A stretch of DNA of 64,000 nucleotides from positions 864,001-928,000 of the forward strand of contig CAWGAA010000001.1 of the NCBI GenBank assembly GCA_963820525.1. Direction: 5' to 3'. The position numbers and the translations under genes are program-made. The notes beneath the pieces were generated by a model. That model was not told the origin of the DNA, made no database searches, and worked only from the letters and a program-made list of their open reading frames with translations. This document shows, in pieces, positions 38,380 through 48,866 of the stretch; the first letter of the stretch is position 1; each line of letters opens with the position of its first letter. The DNA is from an uncultured Spirochaetota bacterium (GTDB taxonomy: Bacteria; Spirochaetota; Spirochaetia; SZUA-6; Fen-1364).

Positions 38380-39546
38380 CTATTCCTTATTTCTTCTAAT
38401 CATTTCATAAAACATATCTCTTGTCTTTTCCGCAGGCTTTTGTTTTTGAATAAACTCATTAGCTAGACTCATAGCTTCTTTTCTTAGCTCGATAACATCT
38501 TCTTCACTGAATAATACGAATCTTTCTATGTATTTTACGAAAAGTTCTTCATTATTTAGGGACACTGCCATACAAGAACCTTTAGCGCTTTGCTGCCATG
38601 GCGTTTTATCACTTATAAGAACGGGAGTACCCGCGTTTAAGGATTCATAAATCACGTGGCCGAAATTCTCGCTTCTTGTTGGTAAGAACATAAAATCATA
38701 TTCGGCAAGCACATCTGCAGCTTTTTCATGAAGAATTCTACCACAGTATTTAGCATTAATGTTCTTCGGTAGATTTTTCATTATCTTATCACACTCACCC
38801 CAATATTTCTTATCGCTTATTGGTCCATAAATATCAAATATGACTTTAGTTTTCACTCTAGCAATAATGTTCAATGCATAATCCAAATTTTTCTTTGGTG
38901 AGATCCTGGAAAAGAATATTATTTTTATAGCCGAAACGGACGATTTTCTCCGTAATTGCAATTTATCAGTCCCTGCAGAAGGAATATTAGGTGCGACTCT
39001 GACATCATTCGCAATGCCTTTCATCACTTTTCTTATTTCCACAGCCTCATAATCGCTGGAAGCTTGCCAAATTAAATTGTCATATATACCCAATATTTTC
39101 ATTATACTAATGAATATAGTTTTCTTTGCTTTCTTTATTGAAATTGCACCATCTGAAAGCTCTCCGCGTGGTGCAATTATAATCGGCTTTCTCACCTTCT
39201 TTAAACACCAAAGCGTGATTAGCGGTCCCAACGTAAATGATGTGTCGAAAAAGCTATTTAAATAGACTATATCATGCTCTATTTCTTTTAAAAGTAAGAA
39301 GAAACTTAGTATTTTCCATCTTTTATGAGACATATATAATACTGATGCGCCATTCGTCTCGTTCCATTCATCTATTTCTATCCCTTTGTATGGACTAAAA
39401 TCCAATGCATCGCGATCAGATGTAATAATCTTAAAATCGAAATCTGATTTCAATGCATCAACAATGTTGGCGATCGTTCTCACGGGCCCGCCAGATTTAT
39501 CGCCCGGAAGATAATGATGTATAAATACAAGAATGATCGGTTTCAT
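38380..39546 (-). CDS. GT4-family glycosyltransferase
   Basis: YLPGDKSGGPVRT, SRISPKKNL and SENFGHVIYESL. Confidence 0.88.
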   Translation of the reverse strand: MKPIILVFIHHYLPGDKSGGPVRTIANIVDALKSDFDFKIITSDRDALDFSPYKGIEIDEWNETNGASVLYMSHKRWKILSFFLLLKEIEHDIVYLNSFFDTSFTLGPLITLWCLKKVRKPIIIAPRGELSDGAISIKKAKKTIFISIMKILGIYDNLIWQASSDYEAVEIRKVMKGIANDVRVAPNIPSAGTDKLQLRRKSSVSAIKIIFFSRISPKKNLDYALNIIARVKTKVIFDIYGPISDKKYWGECDKIMKNLPKNINAKYCGRILHEKAADVLAEYDFMFLPTRSENFGHVIYESLNAGTPVLISDKTPWQQSAKGSCMAVSLNNEELFVKYIERFVLFSEEDVIELRKEAMSLANEFIQKQKPAEKTRDMFYEMIRRNKE

Positions 39547-39945
39547 ATTACACCCCATATTATATTGCCGCAGTTCAAGTACCCATCTCTATTAAAGGTC
39601 TGCTGAGAAAGTCTCTGCCAATACTTTTTGACTATTTAGAATATTAGAGAATAAGGCTTTTAGCACTTTAGCCTTTATTCCTTGCAGCCCTCCCGCAACA
39701 TGTACTTTACATCATCTTTTGACAACAATTTATGACTTTTCTGTAGACCCTATTTGGCCACAATTGCGTTATTATTTCAGGTTTATAAAGTATATATTCT
39801 TTCTTTTAGATTACTATCAACCACCCAGAAGCAACCTGCCGGTATAGAAAAGAGCGGCTTAAAAATAATACTAATTGCTTGTCTTCCTGTTTCTTCTTGT
39901 AATTATATGATTCTTGATTGTTCCTTTTGCACATTTCCTCTGTTC

Positions 39946-41187
39946 TTAGCGGTGCCCTTTGCATATTATTTCCAAAAACTCTGCAATTCGTTTAGCTTGT
40001 GAATTCCATGTTTTTTTTCCGAGTATGAATTCTCGAGCCAAAGATCCCTTTGAGATTAATTCTTTCCTTGGCATTTCATCAATTTTTTTCAGCATTTCTG
40101 CAAGCCCGTCAGGCGTTTCGTCTTCTAAAAGATATACGTATGGTCCATATTCTTCTACAATATTCGCTGCATTCGTTGAAATAACAGCGGTTCCAGATGC
40201 CAAATACTCCATAAGCTTTGATGGAAAGAAATATTTTGTATTTATTCTTCTTGTAAGCCTCATATTTATTAAAACATTTGCAGTTGTATAAAATTCTAGC
40301 ACGCTTTTATGATCGAGATATCCAAGATATCTTATTCGCTTATCCCGTAAAGCTGCAAGGCGAACCTCATTTTCAAGTACTCCACGGCCTGCTATGTATA
40401 AGCGGTACCTTTCCCCTTCCAATAAAGCAAATGCGGAAAGTATCTCACGTATTCCATTAGCTTCTTTGAGGCTTCCTGCTACAGCGATTTTCAGACCTTC
40501 TTCTTCTCGCTTTTCAGTTCTTCTCATTTTCAGGTATCCAGATTGATCATCTTCATTTACTCCCCCTTCTATCTGTACATAAGGAATCCTTGGAGCAAAA
40601 TCCTCAATAATTTTACTATTTATTACAACAAGTCCATCATATTTCTTTAAGATAATCTTGTGCTGCCAAAAATCCATCTTCCAATAAAGAGTCCGAGGAA
40701 CGGTTTGTCCAGGTACATTTATATCATAGATCATTCCGACTGCTTTTGCTCTTATGATCCGTTTTATTAATAGGATGAATATCCCCGGTGGAACTGTAAT
40801 ATTGAATGTATATATGATCTTCCAATCGCCATTCTTGATTGATAGAGCCCATTTTAATATAGCAATAGCTGCTACTACTCCAAGTGTGAGTTGTTTCAAT
40901 GGGGTGATATTAAGGAAGGGCATAATTTCTAATACAATACAATTGTTCATTAACATAGTTTTTCTCAAAAAGAATAATCTCCGTGTTGATGGATATGATG
41001 GAACAGGACGGACGCTAATTATTTTATCTATATGTATAGTTTCTTTATTAAGTGCACTTATCAGGCTGGATTGACAGAGATTGCCAGCTCTACTAAACGA
41101 TGAGTTTACATATTTTCTATTGTCAGGAACAACACTCCCGACAAACAGCATGTGTATAGTGTCTGATTGACTGTGAGTTCCCTTCAT
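39946..41187 (-). CDS. GT4-family glycosyltransferase
   Basis: AGSL...NGI and FPSKLMEYLASGTAVIS. Confidence 0.85.
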   Translation of the reverse strand: MKGTHSQSDTIHMLFVGSVVPDNRKYVNSSFSRAGNLCQSSLISALNKETIHIDKIISVRPVPSYPSTRRLFFLRKTMLMNNCIVLEIMPFLNITPLKQLTLGVVAAIAILKWALSIKNGDWKIIYTFNITVPPGIFILLIKRIIRAKAVGMIYDINVPGQTVPRTLYWKMDFWQHKIILKKYDGLVVINSKIIEDFAPRIPYVQIEGGVNEDDQSGYLKMRRTEKREEEGLKIAVAGSLKEANGIREILSAFALLEGERYRLYIAGRGVLENEVRLAALRDKRIRYLGYLDHKSVLEFYTTANVLINMRLTRRINTKYFFPSKLMEYLASGTAVISTNAANIVEEYGPYVYLLEDETPDGLAEMLKKIDEMPRKELISKGSLAREFILGKKTWNSQAKRIAEFLEIICKGHR

Positions 41188-41189
41188 GA

Positions 41190-42386
41190 TTATGAAGCTA
41201 TCATCTTTGTATTCATGTAACCACCAACTTCTCTTTTTAAAAGTATCAAGCCAGCCATGCAATATGTGACAAAAATCCTATAGTTGCCTTCCAAAATTAC
41301 ATCTTGAAACATTAAAGCTAAGGCTGCCAAAGATATTAGCATAGCGAATCTACCGGTGGAGTCTTGTTTTCCGATTCTTCTAAGCGGAGCTAGTAATCTT
41401 ATGTTTAAAAAAACAAGAAGTGACAATAGAAGCCATCCTCCCAATCTTGATGTATCTATCCAAATATTATGAAACCACTGTGAAGGTATAGTAGCATCTA
41501 TAGAGAAACCTCCGAGTGGATATGTCAGCATTTTGGCAAATCCATCTCGATAAAGAGATGATCGGCCAGTTTCTTGCCACTTTATTATCCGTGCTATGAG
41601 AAAGCCAATATGTGAAGACATCCTGTTTCCAAGAATGACAAATAGCACAACGATTAGGATCAGTAATATTAGGAATATAATAATATTCTCTTTCTTAGGC
41701 TTGGCGAAAAGAGTAAAAAGAAGGCATCCTATTGCTATTATGAAAAATGCTCGGCCGCCCATGAAGACCGCACACAACAATGCTACTGCAGAGAGAATAC
41801 CCAGCATTAGCTTTATAAGGGCGTTCCTATTTTGGAAAGTATAGAACAAAAAAAAGCAAAAAGGTAAAGATAAACTGTTGCTGAAAGCGGGTGAATTGAC
41901 AATCGATCCGGTCCATGGATTGTATAGATTCCCATACCCATAGGAGGTCGATGTATTTAGAAAGCTATAGCCAACTACAATAAATACATTTACAAAAGAA
42001 CCAATTAAAAATGCTATGAGAAGTTTTCGGCCATTTTCCCTAGTTTGAATGGAGAGCGTATATAGTATCAAGGACAAGAGCGATACATTAACAATCAGTG
42101 CTCTGATCGGATACGGTGTTGCACGGCTATTGTCTTGAATGCTGAGTATCGAAAATCCAATAAATATATATAGAATTGAGAGACACATAAGCATCCAAAC
42201 GCTGCGAGAAACTTTTCTTCCTATCGTCCAAGGAATAGATACAACAATATATATGAGCAAAATAAAGGGTGCATAAAGTATAATATTCAGACCGATTACA
42301 AAGAATATAACAAGAAGAATATATATTTCGCCGCGCGATGAACTTTGAGGACGCAACTCTGTATTGATTTTTGCATATCTATCCAT
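41190..42386 (-). CDS. Probable Wzy polysaccharide polymerase (O-antigen ligase/polymerase-like)
   Basis: About 10 TM segments, GGRAF and HNIWID motifs; AT-rich; sits among glycosyltransferase genes. Confidence 0.7.
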   Translation of the reverse strand: MDRYAKINTELRPQSSSRGEIYILLVIFFVIGLNIILYAPFILLIYIVVSIPWTIGRKVSRSVWMLMCLSILYIFIGFSILSIQDNSRATPYPIRALIVNVSLLSLILYTLSIQTRENGRKLLIAFLIGSFVNVFIVVGYSFLNTSTSYGYGNLYNPWTGSIVNSPAFSNSLSLPFCFFLFYTFQNRNALIKLMLGILSAVALLCAVFMGGRAFFIIAIGCLLFTLFAKPKKENIIIFLILLILIVVLFVILGNRMSSHIGFLIARIIKWQETGRSSLYRDGFAKMLTYPLGGFSIDATIPSQWFHNIWIDTSRLGGWLLLSLLVFLNIRLLAPLRRIGKQDSTGRFAMLISLAALALMFQDVILEGNYRIFVTYCMAGLILLKREVGGYMNTKMIAS

Positions 42387-42469
42387 ATTTAGTTTTCGCG
42401 ATTACTCTTCTCTTGTTGCATCAAGCAAACAAAATGAATCAATTGCATGATCAGCAATGACGGCACAAT

Positions 42470-45178
42470 CTATTGCATTGATTCTTTCGGCCATAGTTCA
42501 GCAGTCCGCATGAGTATCTCAAAAATCGCTTCTTCGCCCTCAAGAGGTTCAATTGATACTGTAACTGGTTCATTGTTTATTTCAGGAATTTCATATTCTT
42601 TTATAAGAATTTTCTGAGATTTGCCATATGGGGCATACCACCACACTTTCCCGTTCATAGCGGATATCTCTACTCCAGGGAAAATTTCTTCGCGTATATA
42701 GAGAGTCTCGCTCCCTATATTAATACGCAACCCTTGCATAACAGTCTTCTCACTGATGGCTCTTATTCCTTCGAGCGATATGGAGCATTTTACATCGGGA
42801 GGCATTTCACCCAACGAAATCTCTAGGCCGACTATATGAGCCAAATCTACTTTGGGGCCAGTACTCATAATCTCCTGGTATTTCCATCCTTTGTAGTCGA
42901 TTTTAGATGAAAAAATCTTAGCACCTTTTTCATCTGACAAGCGCAGGCTGAACCACTCTCCATTTCCATCTCCGAAAACCCAAAGCCCTAATCCAATTGC
43001 TCCACTCAAATCTAGTCTTTCATCAAATAATGTGGAAAACGTTCCCCAAGCAACTCCATTGCCCGTTTTTACGGAAGGTTTAAAAACCACTCGATTTGAG
43101 GGAGATATCGACATGTCAATATCAGGTTTCTCGCCGTGCGTGTTTCTATCCAGTGCCGTAATTGTCAGATCGTCAAAACTTAATATCGGTTTCCCGTCTA
43201 TTGTATACGATCTTCCCGGAGTAACAATTGATGTCGCGAGAATCTGCAGTTCCAGTTGAGCCCCTGTGCTCTTTTCATTTTTAACGACTATCGATTCCTT
43301 ATATGTTCCTCTCGCGGCTGTTGTCCAGTCACTATAGCGAACTGGAATGAAAGAGCTCTTCCCTTCATTAACGACCATCCTATACTCAGTGCCGGGCTTT
43401 CGTAATTCTTCTTTCACCGGAACCGAAATTTTATCGGCGAGCTTCACGTCCTCATACTTTCGGATAATATCCAGGATCTCAGTCCCGTGCGGGTGAGCAC
43501 TTATTTGTGAGATGCCCGTTTCAATAGAAATTGAAGCATCAAATCCGATCGCTTTGCCGCATACATATTCAATATCATCGGGCTGAGTATAGTTATTTAT
43601 GGCATACCATCCTATATCAAGGGGCATGAAGTTCGTTTCAAACCAGCTATGGAAAGTACCGATACGTTCATCGAGATTTTTCTTGATATTCCTGAATCCG
43701 TCCGCAGAAGCTCTCCTCAGGTTCATATGCCAGGAATACTGTGTTACGCTTGAGGATTGAATTAGGACATTCTTTTTACCCAATTTATCTGTGTACGCGA
43801 GCGTTATTTTGGGATTGTAATACCAGAAATCACCTTGGAGGGCTTCCGCGCCATCGAAATAAATTCCGTCACAGCCGCATTCATTCCATATACGAGCCGC
43901 ATTTGAAGAAACTTGTTCAAGGAGGCTTCTATCAGCATCGATGAGGAAAAGGCCGTACGATTGGTATAGATGCTTTATAGTTGATCCGCGAGGATGCGAT
44001 GCTGCTCTTGAACCGAATGCACCTCGCGTACAGCCGATAAAGCCATAGGGTGGATTCAGTTTCAGCCCTGTGTATGCAACAATCTCATCTTCGATTCTAA
44101 TTGTTAGGCCATGCCCACGATAACCCTCCTCCCTTGAAGGAAATTTATCCGGGGGGTTCGCTGTCGCGATGAAATTGTTCCTTTCGTCTATATCATCCAA
44201 CATATCTATCGAGACATCCGAATAGAGACCATTAGAGGGAACGGGCGTCACAAGCGGGTCATTTTTGCCTATTCCGGCGCAGAGGAGATGGAGACCTACT
44301 TGGAATCCTGCATCATGCAGCTTTTCGATTACTTTCTTGAGTCCAACGATTCCATCAGGGAAATTACGAGTATTGACCGCAAAGGTTCCATTGGACGCTG
44401 ACCAAACATTCTGGTGAATAAGGATGTAGTTGAATCGTGCCCTCCTCGCATACTCAATGAGCTTTTCAACATTGTTCTGTGCCAAATCAGTGATAAAAAT
44501 GTATGACCGATGAACGTCGGGAGATTCTTTCGCCCAAATGCCCGATAACGTGATATGGGGTAATCCCCCGGCGACCTCGACCTTCTCAAAGGCTGACGGC
44601 AAATCTGAGCGCCGGACCACCATGAGAGCGTATGCAGCGTCATTAATGCCATAACGATCGACAAACGTACAGGTCAAATGAACTGTACTATCAGTTGCTG
44701 TTAGCTTTGTATTCCCACGATAACTTAAAGCCTGCAAGAAAACACCAATGATTTCGTTATATATCCCAGCAACAACAGGAGCTAAAACTACTTCACGTTT
44801 GAGTATAAGCTGACAAATATTCAATTCTGTTATATTCGCCAAGTCGCCACTTTTCAGCCGCATGATTATGAAATCCGCATAATAACTAATATCGAATGAA
44901 AACGGCCTTTCTTCTTTCCCAAACCAAACATCAAGCTGCCGATCTTTCAGGCTCATTCTTACGCATGGTAGCAGATCATTATTTCTTCTAATCGTCATCA
45001 TTGGAGACGCCTGTGCAAGCATTTCCATGTTCGTAGCCTTGTCCAGAAAGGATTTCCACACGCCGTTTGAGCCACACACTGCACGTGCAACGGGAAAATT
45101 CAAAACGATGTCCTGCTGTGCGTATCCCGATTGGCAAAGCAAAAACATAGCGGCTAATGAAATGAATAGTTTTTGCAT
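42470..45178 (-). CDS. Large secreted glycoside-hydrolase-like protein (TIM-barrel core plus CBM-like C-terminus)
   Basis: Signal peptide MQKLFISLAAMFLLCQSGYA; FPDGIVGLKKVIEKLHDAGFQVGLH and CDGIYFDGAE; C-terminal DLSG..GLGLWVFGDG...IDYKGWK. Confidence 0.6.
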   Translation of the reverse strand: MQKLFISLAAMFLLCQSGYAQQDIVLNFPVARAVCGSNGVWKSFLDKATNMEMLAQASPMMTIRRNNDLLPCVRMSLKDRQLDVWFGKEERPFSFDISYYADFIIMRLKSGDLANITELNICQLILKREVVLAPVVAGIYNEIIGVFLQALSYRGNTKLTATDSTVHLTCTFVDRYGINDAAYALMVVRRSDLPSAFEKVEVAGGLPHITLSGIWAKESPDVHRSYIFITDLAQNNVEKLIEYARRARFNYILIHQNVWSASNGTFAVNTRNFPDGIVGLKKVIEKLHDAGFQVGLHLLCAGIGKNDPLVTPVPSNGLYSDVSIDMLDDIDERNNFIATANPPDKFPSREEGYRGHGLTIRIEDEIVAYTGLKLNPPYGFIGCTRGAFGSRAASHPRGSTIKHLYQSYGLFLIDADRSLLEQVSSNAARIWNECGCDGIYFDGAEALQGDFWYYNPKITLAYTDKLGKKNVLIQSSSVTQYSWHMNLRRASADGFRNIKKNLDERIGTFHSWFETNFMPLDIGWYAINNYTQPDDIEYVCGKAIGFDASISIETGISQISAHPHGTEILDIIRKYEDVKLADKISVPVKEELRKPGTEYRMVVNEGKSSFIPVRYSDWTTAARGTYKESIVVKNEKSTGAQLELQILATSIVTPGRSYTIDGKPILSFDDLTITALDRNTHGEKPDIDMSISPSNRVVFKPSVKTGNGVAWGTFSTLFDERLDLSGAIGLGLWVFGDGNGEWFSLRLSDEKGAKIFSSKIDYKGWKYQEIMSTGPKVDLAHIVGLEISLGEMPPDVKCSISLEGIRAISEKTVMQGLRINIGSETLYIREEIFPGVEISAMNGKVWWYAPYGKSQKILIKEYEIPEINNEPVTVSIEPLEGEEAIFEILMRTAELWPKESMQ

Positions 45179-45218
45179 CTCTAAATACTCCAAGACGCGC
45201 AGTACCCGATGTGCAGCG

Positions 45219-46121
45219 TTAACCAGAAAAAATGCATCGAAAGAATACACGAACGCGGCTGCGTATTTTCCGATGATACTTCTTACGAAAATCACGTTCT
45301 ATTCTCTTGTCATATTTCACGTTTTCGAACTTACAGGGGCTGCCATTCACATTTAATCCAGTCTCGAAAGACTCCGCCGCGCTTGTGGTGCTATGAGTTC
45401 CGCTTCCATCCATTCCAATGTTCCTCACTTTTGACTGAACGGGATAAACAGTGTATTTCCCTTTTTTTGATTGAGCATAGACCCATCGTATTGCCCAGGA
45501 ATCGATGTTTCCTGCCATTTGATCGTCCAGCATTGTCGAGAGATCATTCCCCCCTCTGTTGAATTTCCTTCTCCTTGCCAGATTGAATCTGAATACCCGA
45601 TAATCCTTTACTTGCCAATCCACAGTCTCCCATCTGTTTTTCCATGTTCCTATTCCCCAGCTGCAGCCTCTTGCTGAGAGAAAAACGTCCTTGCCATAGT
45701 CGTGCAAAAATGGAAATGAGTATCCACTTATTGACCATATGCGTTCGTCATTTTCATAATAATCGAGAGCACTGTTCATATAGTTCAAAAAATCAACTGA
45801 TGTTAAGATGTCGTCTTCTATCGTAATGACTCTTCCGAAATCACCGATTATCTTCGTGATTCCAGAAATCACCGATTCTGCCAAACCTTTATTCCGGTTT
45901 TCTTTGAATACGTGGAAGCCTTTAAAAATTGAAAGCTTTTTTGCGCTTTCCAGGTAATTTCTGACTTTCTCAACTTTCAGCGCGTCATCTTTATTCTTCG
46001 GTCCATCACTAAAAATGAATATAGAGCTTTCTGTAACTCCATTATTATTCATAAGACTGCTAAGAGTCTTATGAACGTGCTCTTCTCTATTATAAACGAA
46101 CATTACTATCGGCGAACTCAT
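45219..46121 (-). CDS. GT-A fold glycosyltransferase (GT2-like)
   Basis: FVYNR, FSDGPK, NKGLAESVISG, IEDD and SWGIGTW. Confidence 0.85.
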   Translation of the reverse strand: MSSPIVMFVYNREEHVHKTLSSLMNNNGVTESSIFIFSDGPKNKDDALKVEKVRNYLESAKKLSIFKGFHVFKENRNKGLAESVISGITKIIGDFGRVITIEDDILTSVDFLNYMNSALDYYENDERIWSISGYSFPFLHDYGKDVFLSARGCSWGIGTWKNRWETVDWQVKDYRVFRFNLARRRKFNRGGNDLSTMLDDQMAGNIDSWAIRWVYAQSKKGKYTVYPVQSKVRNIGMDGSGTHSTTSAAESFETGLNVNGSPCKFENVKYDKRIERDFRKKYHRKIRSRVRVFFRCIFSG

Positions 46122-46172
46122 ATCATTAATATTCCATTCTCCAGATAGAATATGAGAATATTCAACACTCTA

Positions 46173-47465
46173 CTATCGAAGTAAAACAAGTGCCTTGAGC
46201 TGAGCAATGAACATCCTTCTGCTAACAAAAATAGTTGATATAAACGTGCTAGACATTTGAGCGATTACTACCGCGAGCGCCGCTCCAATCGCTCCTATCT
46301 TCCTTACGGTAAACATGCATACGAGTATATTTATTACAGCACCGATCGCGGTTGCGGCAAAATTGAATCTTGTATGATTTTCCACTATCAGCCATTGAGA
46401 CCTGGACAACCCTAGGCAAACGAAGACCCCTGCCCAGATATGGAGAGAAAGAATAAATGCTGCCGAGGCATACTCTGCGCCGTACAGTATCTTTATTATG
46501 TATGGAGATAAAATCGAGACTGGAATCGCCACCATATAGGCGATCATTACCAGGCCCCTTGATAATTGCTGCAGGCGTCTATAATACTCGTCTTCGTTTG
46601 CTGTTCTGAGTTTTACAATATTGGGAAAAATGGATGTTACGATTGCCGTTGGAATAAAATACCAAAGCTCAGATATCCTGACAGCAGCAGCATATATCCC
46701 CAGTTCTTTCTTTCCCAATAAATCTCCAACTATGACTTGTCCCATTTTCATATATAGCAAAATTGAAAGAGATGAGAAAATAAGAGGCCAGCTATCTTTA
46801 AGAAAGTTGATTGCAGTGCTCTTATCCCATCTCCATTCTCGTATCAAATTCCCATCCATCGAATACGGAATAATAAGACTTGCGCATCCTATTACAATTT
46901 CAATGACGCCCGCAAGCGCGAAATAGACGAGAGATGCTTGAAGTAGGATAAGTATCAGCTTAAAAACGGAAACAAGAATATAGGATACGATTTTTGTAAG
47001 AACCACATGTTGTGATGATATTTTGGATTGAAACCAAAGAGCTATTGCATTGAAGGATTGAAATATATATCCAAACGCAATAATGAGTACAAGAATCTGC
47101 GTCAAAGGCTCATCGGCGCGTATTAGCCTTATTGCCACACAGCTCACGATAAAAACAAGAGACCCGCCAACAATTTTAATAATAAATGCAGTGCCCAGAA
47201 GCTTGTTCTTGTCCTGTGGACGTCTGGCCAGTTCGCGTATAACAATAGTATCTATTCCAAAACTTGAGAAAAATCCCAAAATCGCAGTAATATTCAATGC
47301 GTAATTTAGGATGCCAAATTTCTCTGGACCGAGATATCGGGCAATCCATGCACCAACGAATACTCCGACAATCAATCGAAATACTGTATCAGAAGAAAGC
47401 CAGAGTGCATTTTTTAACACTCTCTGAATGCCTTCTGGATATTTTATTAAAGTCTTCAGTTGCAT
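46173..47465 (-). CDS. wzx: Wzx flippase
   Basis: ARYLGPEKFG, GIYAAAVRISE and ILYGAEY; 12 or more TM segments. Confidence 0.9.
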   Translation of the reverse strand: MQLKTLIKYPEGIQRVLKNALWLSSDTVFRLIVGVFVGAWIARYLGPEKFGILNYALNITAILGFFSSFGIDTIVIRELARRPQDKNKLLGTAFIIKIVGGSLVFIVSCVAIRLIRADEPLTQILVLIIAFGYIFQSFNAIALWFQSKISSQHVVLTKIVSYILVSVFKLILILLQASLVYFALAGVIEIVIGCASLIIPYSMDGNLIREWRWDKSTAINFLKDSWPLIFSSLSILLYMKMGQVIVGDLLGKKELGIYAAAVRISELWYFIPTAIVTSIFPNIVKLRTANEDEYYRRLQQLSRGLVMIAYMVAIPVSILSPYIIKILYGAEYASAAFILSLHIWAGVFVCLGLSRSQWLIVENHTRFNFAATAIGAVINILVCMFTVRKIGAIGAALAVVIAQMSSTFISTIFVSRRMFIAQLKALVLLR

Positions 47466-47507
47466 ATTTTCATTTAATTGAGAATATATTTCACGATATT
47501 TGGTATT

Positions 47508-48800
47508 CTATCCATTCTCAATGGTTCTTTGTCCGACATTCAATACCTGATTATAAATATCAACAAGTGTTGATAGATTAGCGCTTCTCTTGTGAGTTTC
47601 TCTCCCCCGTATCCTGCTTTCATGCGAAATGCTTTCAGCCAATCGATCATCATTCCAAATTGAAGCTATATAGTAAGCCATGATAGCCGGTTCGTCGAAT
47701 TGATAGAGGAATCCCTCTTTTCCATGTGTTAGCAGATCCGGTACTCCCCCAACATATGCGGCTACAATCGGCGTTCCAACAACCATTGCTTCCCCGAGGG
47801 AATTTGGACTATTCTCAATTGATGAAGGTAGCACAAATGTATGTGCTCGAGATAACCTCTCCGCAATTTCCTCGGCCTTCAATATCCCTGTAAACACGAC
47901 GGATCCATTCAAATGATATCTTTTTATCAGCGAACATAGAATTTTTCCATATCCAGGTCTCCGTATATTCTTTTCGGCAATATTCGGCCCTGCCACATAT
48001 ATCTTGATATCCTCATACGATTTCGCAAGCAAATATGCGGCTTCCAAAAGAAAATGAAGTCCTTTTATCGGATAGACCGCTTGACTTGCAAAAATGGAAT
48101 GCCTTTCAACGTGTTCAATATCCCACGTCGATTCATAAAATTCTTCCCTCAAACTTTCATTGCAATGAAAATACTTCGCTTTCAAGTTCATCGCTCTTAC
48201 GTGCGCATAATCCCATCGTGTCCTTCCAATTATATAATCGACGTTTCTCAACAAATGAAGTTCGCCGTTTGAACGCATTCTAAATCTCGCGCGTTGCATG
48301 AGAATATTGTCGAATTTCAGCATATCGCGAATAGTCATATTCTTTATGATATCCAATATTCCGATTCCCCCGAGGTAGTGTTTACTATAAGGATTAATAA
48401 GTCCCTGAATAGAAAGGATTGTCGGGATCTTTTCCTTTGAAACGAACAAAGGTAAGCTATGCGAATATTCAGTGCCATGTATATGAATGATATCCGGAGA
48501 GAAGCCATATATTATCGACTTCCAAATCTTCTCAAGTCCTTTCCAATAGTGAAACTGTGCGTGTCTTCCACCGGGAAGAAGGTAGTATTCAATTGAGCCG
48601 TCTGAGAAATGTTTTACTTCTTTTCCGCTATAGACTGTCGCAATGGCGAGCTTGATCCAGTCGAGATTCCGTATCCCCTCAGCGAATGCAAGCAACCATC
48701 CGCCGCTATATTGAGGAGCGATAGCGATCTTCTCTGCCGGGTAAGGGAAAATAATATTGACAACCCACAGTATTCTCATTGCATCCATCTCAAATGACAT
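47508..48800 (-). CDS. GT4-family glycosyltransferase
   Basis: HIHGTEY, KGLHFLLEA and ENSPNSLGEAM..GTP...VGGVPD. Confidence 0.88.
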   Translation of the reverse strand: MSFEMDAMRILWVVNIIFPYPAEKIAIAPQYSGGWLLAFAEGIRNLDWIKLAIATVYSGKEVKHFSDGSIEYYLLPGGRHAQFHYWKGLEKIWKSIIYGFSPDIIHIHGTEYSHSLPLFVSKEKIPTILSIQGLINPYSKHYLGGIGILDIIKNMTIRDMLKFDNILMQRARFRMRSNGELHLLRNVDYIIGRTRWDYAHVRAMNLKAKYFHCNESLREEFYESTWDIEHVERHSIFASQAVYPIKGLHFLLEAAYLLAKSYEDIKIYVAGPNIAEKNIRRPGYGKILCSLIKRYHLNGSVVFTGILKAEEIAERLSRAHTFVLPSSIENSPNSLGEAMVVGTPIVAAYVGGVPDLLTHGKEGFLYQFDEPAIMAYYIASIWNDDRLAESISHESRIRGRETHKRSANLSTLVDIYNQVLNVGQRTIENG

Positions 48801-48866
48801 GCCACGCCTTTTTCAGACGTGTGATAATCAAGATTTCTTGTATCGGAAAGATTTCCTGTGAGAATT

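Noticed and set aside
39559..39945. AT-rich 390-bp gap as a possible ncRNA or gene remnant
   Set aside because: No convincing ORF, repeat or stable structure was seen.
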